Positions 1 to 25,376 of a DNA stretch of 64,000 nucleotides are shown here, piece after piece. Location: NCBI RefSeq assembly GCF_009914755.1, contig NC_060944.1; one strand, given 5' to 3'. How positions within the stretch are numbered: the first letter of the stretch is position 1; every line of letters begins with the position of its first letter. A program made the position numbers and the translations under genes. Source of the DNA: the human T2T-CHM13v2.0 reference genome, Homo sapiens. The notes beneath the pieces are model-generated. The model did no database searches and was not told the origin of the DNA. It saw only the letters and a list, made by a program, of their open reading frames with translations.

Positions 1-3780
<3,780 letters not shown>

Positions 3781-3845
3781 TATATACATAATATAAAGGT
3801 AACAGAGCATTCTGCGGATGACACAGTAAGGAAAGATAACCTAGA

Positions 3846-4066
3846 TCAATGTTTTTCAATTTGTGGTTTTTGGAATCAAGTAATGGGTTAAAGAAAAGAA
3901 ATAATTAGAAGAGAATACAAAATATGAAGGTGCAAATAGTATGGATATGTCATGAAATTGTTTCAGTTTTGTACAAATATATTTAACAAATGCATGTATA
4001 TCATCTAATATAAAATGCATTTCTTATTGTGACTTGATAAAAAAAATTTTTTTAAAAAAACGTTGG
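3846..4066 (+). mobile_element. MER103C-like hAT-Charlie MITE
   Basis: caatgtttttcaa...ttgtttcagtt...aaaatgcatttcttattgtg resembles the MER103C consensus. Confidence 0.55.
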
Positions 4067-4453
4067 TCAAAAGTTTTGACCAAAACATTGGTCAACTCAG
4101 GGGAAAATTCACAGGAGTAAACATGTGAACTTAGGGTGACTAGGACACATGCCTGATCTCATGGACAACTCTGAAGAGGGACAGACACTCCATATTAATG
4201 CTACCACAGACTGTAGACTACAGGAGCCAAGAGGTGAGAACATGAACAAAAGAGAAGGAGCCCTGGGGAAAGGGATCAGGAAGTGTCAAGGCACAGAGGA
4301 GGGAAGTGTGAGGCTGGTTCAGGAGATGCTGAACATGCCACTTAGCTATGGAGGTGGAGTAGGAGCCACAGCTGGGAAGGCAAACGGAGCCGGATGAGGA
4401 AGGCCTTGAACGTCATGCCAAAAAGTTTAGACTACTTCACTTAGTAGGCTGAG

Positions 4454-4711
4454 GTAGTGTTTCCCAAACTGCAGGTTGAGAATTAAGAACTTAAATTACC
4501 GAGCCATAACTAGTATTTTTAAAAATTAAGTAGAATAGAAAATGTCAGCATGCACCACATACAAGGGTGAGCACTGTTTTGTGAAAGTTTTGTTTCAGTT
4601 ACATATATATGTGAACACACAAACACACGCAATTATTCATTTGGGGTTTTGATGTAAAAGTTATTTCTTACTAAAGGTTGTAGTTAAAAAAAAAAAAGTT
4701 GAAAGCTACTG
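4454..4711 (+). mobile_element. MER103C-like hAT-Charlie MITE
   Basis: tagtgtttcccaaactg...gtgaaagttttgtttcagtt...gttgaaagctactg, with TIR-like ends. Confidence 0.65.
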
Positions 4712-5259
4712 GTCAGAAGTAAGTCATCGGTGAATCATTATCAGTATCAGTAGGCTGGTTATGAAGTTCTAGTATAGCTATGCAAGATGTTACAGCCAGG
4801 CACGGTGGCTCACACCTTTAATCCCAACACTTTGGGAGGCTGAGGTGGGTGGATCAGAGAGAGAAATGACACTAATGAAAAGTCTGCTATTAACCTCCTA
4901 GATGACAACAGCAATTCTGAACCACTTAGAGGCAATTCACCCTTCAAGAGGTCAATTTCCCTTTTCTCTGGCTGATGTGTTCCCCACTATCTTTTCTGTA
5001 CTACATGAGGGGCTCCTGGCAAATGGCTTCCTGAAGACATCAAAGATGAGTACCAAGGTACTAACTACTTAGGAATAAACTGGTAATCCCATTTTTCCTT
5101 CGGCATTTTCTTCCTTTAGTTTTTCTCTTTTTATTCTTTTTTTTTTTTTGAGGGAGGGGCATTCTTCAAAAGGAGGAAAATGAACTATGTATAATGTATT
5201 ACTGAGCATCTCACAAGGATTTCAAAGCTACTTTCTAAGAGATTGTTTATTTTTATTTT

Positions 5260-10136
<4,877 letters not shown>

Positions 10137-10219
10137 TAAAAATAAAGAATGTTCACTTAATCTGAAAAGTGGTGTGTGCTGAAAAAATTTTAAAAATAAA
10201 GAATATTTGCTGCATATTA

Positions 10220-13600
<3,381 letters not shown>

Positions 13601-14061
13601 TTGTATCTGTTACCTGTATTATGTTACTTATATATATACAATCTCCTTATGTTTGTGCTCTAACATAACCAAACCTGAATCCCACCAGACTTCCTAATAT
13701 AACACATAGCATGTTTCCTTCTCATCTGAGCTACTTGCTATGAAAACCATTCTGCCTAAGTGTCAGACTTGGGAACCATTGGCCCAACAGGTGCTTGTGT
13801 AATTCTGTTCTTCTAGGTCCAATTTTAAGAAGAAAAATATGAGGGTAGGGGGAGTTTATGCAAGACAAGTAGAAATGTGAAAGAGGGAGCTAAAAGAAAA
13901 ATATTAAGTTCACCAATTCTGAAATGGCTCTTAAAGCAAAAGGAATCAGCAACTAAGGACAAACAACCACATCTAAACAAGAATAAGAATTTTAATTTTA
14001 GAGCACGTGAAAAGATGTGTTGGAGGAAAAATCCTGAAATATAAGTGAAGCTTTGAGAGCC

Positions 14062-15323
<1,262 letters not shown>

Positions 15324-15358
15324 TTAAAAATTGGCTTTATATAATGTCTGACTATACT

Positions 15359-15452
15359 TTTATTCTAAAAACTCTGTGACATAAGGCTGGTAAACAGAAA
15401 GAAAAATCCAACAAGGACTTACTTGACCGTAGGACATATTAAGATGTTTATT
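15359..15452 (-). terminator. FASTKD5: FASTKD5 polyadenylation signals: AATAAA at 15452-15447 and a second at 15364-15359
   Basis: TTTATT on plus at both positions. A U/GU-rich downstream element (about 15420-15390) follows the first; many UGUA motifs precede it. Confidence 0.8.
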
Positions 15453-15675
15453 ATTTACTAAGAGTAACATGTATACATTTGCAGTAATTTGTACAATCCA
15501 ACTACATTACAATTCACAGTAACATACACTAGCTCTAACCTGCCTTGGATACAATTAAGTCTCCTCAACACACTATTTTATCGCCAAACTTACATTCTGG
15601 CTTTTATAATCATTTTGCAACACCTGGTACAGTATACACCTATAGCTTTGCCATAGAAATGCCCCTAAATGCCCT

Positions 15676-17970
15676 TCAGAGAGCAGAGGTGAATACTTTC
15701 TCATGAAGAAACGCCAACTTTTCTAAGCGAGTTCGTTTCAGTAGTGGGAGCCATTCCCAGTAGGATAACTCTACCACACGGTAGCCAAGCCGAGCCAGCT
15801 GCCGCCTCTTCATATTGTGCAGTCCAAGGAGATCCCTGGAGCCATAGCAATACTGGTTCCTGTTTGTGAACTGAACAGCCAGCTTCATTCTTGGGGTCTG
15901 CATGCAGGCTGCGGGGCACAGGCCAGCCATCTCCATGGCCCCTGATTTATCTGCTACATTGCAAAGGAAGCCCCCCAGAGGTACAGCTGCCTTATTCTCC
16001 AACTCCATGGGCTGCTGCCCAGGCTCTGACTCAGTTTTGCCCTGGAAATGTCCTCTTGCTTTCCCTTTTAGTAACTTATTCATCAAATCATCTGTAAGGC
16101 TGACTCCCACATGCTCAAGCCTTAATTTGGCTACATTTTCAGCCGGCGTGGCTTCTCTATTAAATGGTAATGGCTTCAGGTTAACATCAAGCTGGACCTC
16201 TAAGTCAGAAGATCGGGTATGAGGCAAAATCATATGGTGCTTGACGTACTGGGGCCCCCCCAGCATGGTCTCCAGTAAAAAGACAGTTTCTAAGAATTCA
16301 GGCTTTGAATTCATATCCTTCTCTGCTAAATACCACAGCAATTCAGACCCCTCTTGCTGAAGGTGAGTACTAAGACGATTGCCTCTGTAATCTGGACACT
16401 CAATGCCAACTGTACCATCGAGGGTATATAGTTCCTTAAGGAGGTCAAACTTAGTTCTCTCCTGAGCTAACCTGACAAACCCTGGACTGAGAGCGAAATC
16501 AATTAACTCTACTGGAAAGTACTCCAAAAATGCCAGGCCCAGCAGGCAGGTGGGCAGGTGTTCTGGGTACTGGTTGAATTCAGGCATCTTTCTGTGAATC
16601 TCACTTATCAGGCTGGAGTAAAATTCTTCTGCATTGGGTGGCTTATAATTCAGAGTTCCAAATGACCACAGAATCTTGGCAACATCTTTACTTCGACAGT
16701 GTGCCACTCTAGGAGGCAAAGACGCAGCCACTGCATTCATTACTCCTTCATTCAGGAAGCGTAAGGCCGAGCAGTAAAGAGTCAGGTGCATGACACCTTG
16801 AACTCCCAGGGAAGGAATTCGCTGAGGAGCTATCTCTCCAATCTGCTTCATGAAATTGATGTGATCCACGTGAGTGAAACGGAACATTTTAACAATATTC
16901 ACTAAGGAGCGACTACTCAGATGCTGAATGTTAGCACAAGCCAAGTCTCCAATTTTCCGCATGACAAATTCAGAGAGATTAGTACTTGATTTAAAGAACC
17001 CCAAACAGATGGTACCAACCTCCTCCAAATTGATCAAATCTATATATTTAAGGATCAATGATTCCAATTTTTGCATTAGGTCCTGGGATACCTGACGATT
17101 TTCACCTATAACATAAATTAAGTGAACTAGCTGAGACAAGGATAGATCCTTCCAGTGCAAATTAAGATAACTAGAAAAAATGTTTAAAAACCTAGGTACT
17201 TTGCGGCCTAAGTACCTCCAGAGATCAGCCACCAAAAGGAGCTGATCCATATTCATCTCCCATACCTGATGGCAACACTTGGTCTCATACACATCTAGCA
17301 TTGAATGGGAGTGAGGGATTCCTAAAATGACAAAAGCTTTCAAAACATTGATCAGATCTTGGGTATCAAAGAGCTGTATCTTCTTCACACTCAGCTGGCA
17401 GAGCAGAGCAAAGCTGGTACTGCCCAGCAAGACAGGATGCTGCTCTGCAGGCAAAGAGCTCAGCTTACACAAATAATCAACAATGACTTGAGCCTGGAGA
17501 TTATTTTGATTAACTCTGACTTTGTGCAAAATTAGTTCACCTTCTGAAACAGACAGGAGCTGAGAAGTCTCAGATGCATTATAGCTGTGAACACGGTATT
17601 CTGGTCTTAGCTGTAGGAAAACTCGCATGTTTTCAAAGGAATCAAACACTTCTACGTCCTCTTCATCAACTCCTGTGGCCCTGGGTGAGCCCAGCTGCAA
17701 TGTACTGGCCTTAGAGGAAGAAGTCTTGCTGAATTCCAAACCTGGGTGGGCACTGCTGGTTGTCAGGATTCTCCGAGAAGAGAAGGTGCTACATATGTTC
17801 TTAACTTTTTTGGCAGAATGGCAGAGGCTAATGTGTTCTGGAGGGTCCTGTCCCCCATGCTGTGTGCTGCTCACATTCCAGTATGACACACTTCGGACTG
17901 CACCAAAGGCAGAAGGACTGCAAAATGCTCGGTATCTTACAAGTTTTAATGACTTGAGAGTAGCTGCCAT
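15676..17970 (-). CDS. FASTKD5: FAST kinase domain-containing protein 5, mitochondrial (764 aa, single coding exon); factor for non-canonical mt-RNA processing
   Basis: Uninterrupted ORF. First ATG at 17970-17968 in strong Kozak context (agaATGg); the track's 785-aa version starts at a TTG 21 codons upstream. Stop TGA at 15678-15676. N-terminus MAATLKSLKLVRYRAF is Arg/Ser-rich and presequence-like; Leu-rich helical FAST region; C-terminal RAP domain (AVQFTNRNQY...HNMKRRQLARLGYRVVELSYWEW). Confidence 0.97.
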   Translation of the reverse strand: MAATLKSLKLVRYRAFCSPSAFGAVRSVSYWNVSSTQHGGQDPPEHISLCHSAKKVKNICSTFSSRRILTTSSAHPGLEFSKTSSSKASTLQLGSPRATGVDEEDVEVFDSFENMRVFLQLRPEYRVHSYNASETSQLLSVSEGELILHKVRVNQNNLQAQVIVDYLCKLSSLPAEQHPVLLGSTSFALLCQLSVKKIQLFDTQDLINVLKAFVILGIPHSHSMLDVYETKCCHQVWEMNMDQLLLVADLWRYLGRKVPRFLNIFSSYLNLHWKDLSLSQLVHLIYVIGENRQVSQDLMQKLESLILKYIDLINLEEVGTICLGFFKSSTNLSEFVMRKIGDLACANIQHLSSRSLVNIVKMFRFTHVDHINFMKQIGEIAPQRIPSLGVQGVMHLTLYCSALRFLNEGVMNAVAASLPPRVAHCRSKDVAKILWSFGTLNYKPPNAEEFYSSLISEIHRKMPEFNQYPEHLPTCLLGLAFLEYFPVELIDFALSPGFVRLAQERTKFDLLKELYTLDGTVGIECPDYRGNRLSTHLQQEGSELLWYLAEKDMNSKPEFLETVFLLETMLGGPQYVKHHMILPHTRSSDLEVQLDVNLKPLPFNREATPAENVAKLRLEHVGVSLTDDLMNKLLKGKARGHFQGKTESEPGQQPMELENKAAVPLGGFLCNVADKSGAMEMAGLCPAACMQTPRMKLAVQFTNRNQYCYGSRDLLGLHNMKRRQLARLGYRVVELSYWEWLPLLKRTRLEKLAFLHEKVFTSAL

Positions 17971-18160
17971 TCTGGTGTCAGTATTGATCTCTTTGGCAGT
18001 CAGAATACAGTCCTCACAGATTTGACCAGGCAATTTCTTGTTTATATGGTGCTTGATTAGAGCTGGACGGGGAGGTGTTCCACAAAAACTGCCTGGAAAT
18101 CTTCAGCATATCACAAGAGCCAGGGATCACAAATGACTGGGTCAGAATTGGTGCCAGATA
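17971..18160 (-). other. FASTKD5: 5' UTR portion of FASTKD5 exon 2, with splice acceptor at 18162-18161
   Basis: Minus strand reads ctacccttttttcag|TATCTGGCAC: pyrimidine tract plus AG, 190 nt upstream of the ATG. Confidence 0.8.
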
Positions 18161-19035
18161 CTGAAAAAAGGGTAGATGAAGAATGAGTGGCTTCTACCTA
18201 TAAAAGCATCCAAATTTACACATTATAAAAAACAGGTTGAAACTACACTGCTGTCTACTCAAATAAGTTCAATGCTAGTAAATGCCCAAACCACATGACA
18301 GCATATATCAAGGATAAATTCTGCGGTCTGTGTAAAGGCCTAGGAAAACCCCCAACCCAGGGTACCCGTGGGCAGTTCCTGGACTGCTGCTCACCAGACT
18401 TCCTTCACTGTACAAGGCAAGCAGTGACGGCTAAAGAAGAGACGGTGCTCCGCTAACATTTGATAGGAAGAAGGAAGGCAGATTTCTAGAAAGAAGGCTG
18501 GGAACAAAAGTGAGCAACTCCTTCCATCTCTTTGATATCAAGGCAAACAGGTCCTACCTGAAGAATGTTTATAAAAACTGCTATGCTAACAGCACTAAGT
18601 AAAAAGTGGGATCTGGTATAAAAGATAATTAGTTGGCTGGGTGTGGGTGGCTCATGCCTGTAATGCCAGCACTTTGGGAGGCCGAGGCAGGCAGATCACT
18701 TGAGGTCAGGAGTTCAAGACCAGCCTGGCCAACAAGGCGAAATCCCGTCTCTATTAAAAATACAAAAAATTACCCAGGTGTGGCAGCACACACCTGTAAT
18801 CCCAGCTACTCAGGAGGCTGAGGCAGGAGAATCCCTTGAACCCAGGAGGCAGAGGTTGCGGTGAGCCAAGACCGTGCCACTGCACTCCAGCCTAGGCGAA
18901 AAAGTGAGACTCCATCTCAAAAAAAAAAAAAAAAGATTTAATTAGTTATACCTACGATAACCCTCCCTGTTCTTATAGCGCAAAACTGTTAATTCCAAAA
19001 TTCTGTCATTCTAATGCTGTTCTTTTACTTTTTAG

Positions 19036-19770
19036 AAGATGCCTACTCTCCTCTTCAGGAAGCTTATAACAGAATTTGAGTCACTATTAGAGAGTAGTCA
19101 CAGAGTAATGGTGTTATTAGAAAGTATACTAAAAAACTCACTCATTTTGGTGGGAGAAAGCAGAAGGTTGAGGGTCTGCTCACTGTCACTTCACGGGTGG
19201 GAAGCAAAGAGTACCCCAAAGCTGGGCTCAGGGTTCAGGGAACGCCAATTGACGCAACTGCCCCGCTGACATCTTCTGGAGAAGGCAGCTTAGCAATGTT
19301 TCCAGTGAGTCTTTATTCTGCCTGTGAGCAGTATAATGCCCATTTTTCTCCCATGGCAGAAACCATGAGAGACTATGAAATTGATTCTGCTGTGCTCTCG
19401 CTTTCCTTAATGCTTATTCTTTTTCTTTCCACTTAAGTGCCAAAGCCTGACAAGCAAGACCCAAGGAGACCTGAGTTGTCAACTGATGTACCAGACAGGG
19501 CTGTTGCTGCAGAAAACTCCATAAAAGTTCCAAGGGTGCCAGAATGACTTTCTGAAATGCCTGCCTAACTCTGCTGTCAGCCACTTTCTTCCAGAGCCCA
19601 TAGCACATCATCATTTAGTTCATCAAAGAACAGCAGGGCAGGTCAGTGGCTCTGTTCCAGTAGCCCAGCTACACAGGCTTCTCTAGATGGCAGGAACATA
19701 TGTATGAATTTCTGTGTGAATCAGAGCAGAATTCTCTCACATTAAATTTTTATACACTTGGTTCTTTACT
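19036..19770 (+). ncRNA. UBOX5-AS1: Putative terminal exon of an antisense lncRNA (probably UBOX5-AS1)
   Basis: Plus-strand acceptor tttcttttactttttag| (AG at 19034-19035), about 700 nt of unique sequence, ATTAAA at 19741-19746 and T-rich sequence after it. The name rests on my recollection of an antisense RNA at this locus. Confidence 0.45.
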
Positions 19771-20148
19771 GTGGCTTGTGGACCATTCTTTTTTTCTTTT
19801 TTGAGACAGTCTCACTCTGTCACCCAGGTTGGAGTATAGTGGCATGATAACTGCAGCTTTGACCTCCCACTTCAAGCAATCCTCCCACTTCAGCCTCAGC
19901 CTCTTGAAGTAGCAAAAACTACAGGTGCACACCACCAAACCCAGTTAGTGTGTGTTTGTGTGTGTGTTTGTGTGTGTGTGTGTGTGGAGATGGAGTCTCA
20001 CAATGTTGCCAAGGCTGGTCTCAAACTCCTGGGCTCAAGTGATCCTCCTACCCTGGCCTCCTGAAGTGCTAGTATTACAGGCATCAGCCACCATGCCTGA
20101 CCACCTGTGGACCATTCTGCCCACCAAATTTCAATCTGTGGTTCAGAT

Positions 20149-20363
20149 CAAGGGTGAGCAGACTATGTCCTGGGGCCCAAATCTAGCTCTTCACATGTTT
20201 TTGTAAACAAGGTTTTTTCAGAACATAGCTAGGCCATTCATTATATATTGTCTATGTCTGCTTTCCTGCTACAAGAGCAGAACTGTGTAACTGTGGCAGA
20301 TTGTATGGCCTGCAAAGCATATTTAGTGTTTGGTCTATTACATAAAAAGTCTGCTGATCTCTG
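20149..20363 (+). mobile_element. MER58A-like hAT-Charlie MITE
   Basis: caagggtgagcagacta...tattgtctatg...gtatggcctgcaaagc...aaaaagtctgctgatctctg matches the consensus layout. Confidence 0.75.
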
Positions 20364-20619
20364 CTACACACTATTTCTATAAATGCAGATAGCCAGCTTT
20401 TTAAAAATTAGAAAAACTTGGCCACGCCTATAATCCCAACACTTTGGGAAGCTGAGGCAGAAGGATTGCTTGAGGCCAGGAGTTTGAGACCAGCCTGAAC
20501 AACACAGCAAGACTGTCTAAAAAATAAAATAAAATAAAAAATAAATTAAAAAAATAAAAAATTTTAATTAAAATTGGAAAAACTATAGAAAAATAGTACT
20601 AAAATAATGTTTTTCTTTA

Positions 20620-21484
<865 letters not shown>

Positions 21485-21606
21485 TCAAATCTGTAGTCTT
21501 CATCTCATTTGAGGAAGGAGATCCTGGCCAGGCACAGTGGCTCACACCTATAATCCCAGCACTTCAGGAGGCCAAGGTGGGCGGACCACTTGAGGACAGG
21601 AGTTCA

Positions 21607-21801
<195 letters not shown>

Positions 21802-22269
21802 TCAAAAAAAAAAAAAAGTAGATCCTAAAAAAATAGATTTAAAGGTCCCATTTTTTAAATAAAATAGCTGTGCCATAGTAAAGCGAAAAACAGAAAATGT
21901 CTGTCTAGAAGGAGGCTGGTTTACAAGATAAATGTGTGGCAGGCATCAACACATGAAAAAGTACACACTAATATTGAGTGGAACAAATAGCACATAAACA
22001 AGAATTAACAAATATCTCTATAAATGATATTAATTTTAAAACATTAAATAATTAAAATTACTTCAATTAATTCTACCTAAGAGTACTTAATGAAATTACT
22101 ATACGTGGTCTGGAAATAAAAGAACCATCTCCTAGAACATCAATGTTTGGTGCAGCTCCAGTGTTTTGAATTCATGTGACACTTTTTGATTTGTAAAAAC
22201 ACAGGCTAAGATCCAAGATGGAAATAACCAGAGCTATGCCTTAGGGCCTCCTCTGTGCCAAGGCTTAGA

Positions 22270-22450
22270 GCCTTGTAAAGCTGCTTTATCTGCATTAGTT
22301 CCCATCCTTATAACATCTCTGTAATGTAAGTTTATAATCCTCATATTACTGATGAGAAAGAGACCACAAGATTAAGAAACCTGCCAAAAGTTACACAGCC
22401 AAGGGATTGAGTGGAGCCTAATATTAAAGACTGTCTGACTCTTCAGCCCA
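22270..22450. mobile_element. MIR SINE relic
   Basis: catattactgatgagaaa...gattaagaaacctgccaaaagttacacagc resembles the MIR core. Confidence 0.55.
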
Positions 22451-22646
22451 CATTATTGGTGTACTAGAGAGACAAGAATGGATGTCAGAAAACAGGTTCG
22501 GGGGGCAGTACGGGGTGGGATGGCTGAACAATCTATGGTCTTCTAGGATTTCCAGGTGCCAGGGAGCTGGAGGGTTAGAACTAGGTAAGCTTGAAAGTCC
22601 CTTCCACCTCTAACAGTCTACGATTCTATCACTACGGTTTATACTG

Positions 22647-22884
22647 CAAGTTGAGTATCCCTTGTCCAAAATGCTTGAGACCAGAAGTGTTTCAGATTTT
22701 AAACTTTTTCAGTTTTTGGACTATGTGCTTTATACTGACCAGTGAGCATTCCAAATTCAAAAATCCAAAATCTGAAATACTCCAATCATTTTTTTTTCCT
22801 TTGAGTATCATGTTGGTGCTCAAAAAGTTTCAGATTTTGGAGCATTTTGCATTTTGGAGTTTCAGGTTTGGAATGCTCAACCTG
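22647..22884. mobile_element. Tigger4a/MER46-like TcMar MITE (238 bp)
   Basis: TIRs caagttgagtatccc and ggaatgctcaacctg, TA on the right flank, internal aaatccaaaatctgaaat repeats. Confidence 0.8.
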
Positions 22885-23780
22885 TACTTTAAAAAAGAAC
22901 AAAGAGAAGACCTCAAAGGCTGAAATCTACATGAGGCAAAGAGTTCGCAGGATGCTCCAGGATCAAAGTAAGGAGAGCTACCACAATTGAAGACCTGAAA
23001 GTTGGCAGTAGAGATATGGGATCCAGAAACTAGGGTTCAATACAGAGAAGCAAAGGGAAATCCCAGGAAAAAGGTGAAGGAAGATCCCAGGACAAGAGCT
23101 GTGAACAGACATAAAGAGCAACCAGCTCATGCTGGACGACATAGACAGTACCCAGGAGAGGAGAATCATACTTCTACCGGATAATCCGGGCATGAACAAG
23201 AGATAAGGATACAAAAAGCCATGCTAATAAAAACAGTAACAAAAATTATTAATGCCAGGGAAGACAAAAAAGTTATACAAGATAGAATATGTTACCACAG
23301 GCAGGATGCAATGGCCCATTCCTGTAATCATAGTACTCTGGGAGGCCAAAGTGAGAAGATCACTTGAGGCCGGGAGTTTGAGACCAGCCTGGGCAATGTA
23401 GTGAGACCCCCACCTCTACAAAATATTTAGAAATTAGCCAAGCCTGGTGGCACACACCTGTGGTCCTAGCTACTCAGGAGGTAGAAGTGGGAAGGTTGCT
23501 TGAGCCCAAAAAGTTAAGGCTGCAGTGAGCTGTGATCCTGCTATGGCAGGGTGACAGAGAGAGACCCTATCTCAAAAAATAAATAAATAAATAAAAAGAG
23601 TAAAGAAAATATTAGTATATCATACTCCCTATTCAGTTGAGAATAATACTAACATAATTTTATTAATATAAATCTTGATATTAGCCTAACCAAAAATTAT
23701 GAGCAAACTATATTGGGAGGATAAAGTGAGTAAGAGGAGGAGTAGGGGGAGGTTGATGATACAAGAGACCTAGAGCCTCA

Positions 23781-24281
<501 letters not shown>

Positions 24282-25070
24282 TTAGCCAGGCATGGTGGCA
24301 GGCACCTGTAATCTCAGCTACTCAGAAGGCCGAGGCAGGAGAATCACTTGAACCCGCGAGGCAGAGGTTGTGGTGAGGCGAGGTCGCACCACTGCACTCC
24401 AGTCTGGGCAACAGAGCGAAACTCCATCTCAAAAAAAAAAAGTGGGTCGGGAGAGGAAACTATTATTTAGTGTTACAAGCTCTACTGAACTATTTGACTG
24501 TTTAAACCATGTACATGTACAATTTTGACAAAAATTAAATTAAAAAATCCATGTATTATGAAGATATTATGGTATTGTTCAAGATAATGAATGGAGAAAG
24601 TAGCTTAATAGATAAGGAAAATGTTGAAAAGTTATTTTTAGTGCAAGCACTTTCTACTACCTAAGAACTTCTTTAAAGATGTTCAATAACAGAAATGATA
24701 ACAAAATAAGGAATCTTAGAGGCATGAAGAGCCAACCTACAAATGGTAAACAGTGGCTACTTACTCTTTTCACTATGCAACATTTACAGTAACTCTATAG
24801 AAACTGTATCTACATACACAGGTCTGAAACAGAGGACTTCAGAAGTTGGTCTTGAGTACTGTGGAGAAGGAAAGAAAAACAAGGAAGATACAGAAGCAGC
24901 AGAGAAGAACAGTAGGGAGAAAAGACACTGCAAAGAAGCAGCAGTCAGGATGACCAGATAGCGAAAACATACCTGAGAAGGTTAGTTCCTCCTTACTCAA
25001 AGACTCTCAGAAAATCCATAGGAAAGCTGGAAAGAGAACACTATGAGATGCTCAGTCAATTAACTTCTGA

Positions 25071-25376
<306 letters not shown>

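Noticed and set aside
15891-18025. Plus-strand ORFs opposite FASTKD5 (106 and 132 aa)
   Set aside because: Antisense shadows of a real CDS with no recognisable domains.
17971-18033. 21-aa N-terminal extension in the 785-aa FASTKD5 ORF call
   Set aside because: It begins at TTG under a prokaryotic-style start rule. The strong ATG at 17970 gives the expected presequence-first protein.
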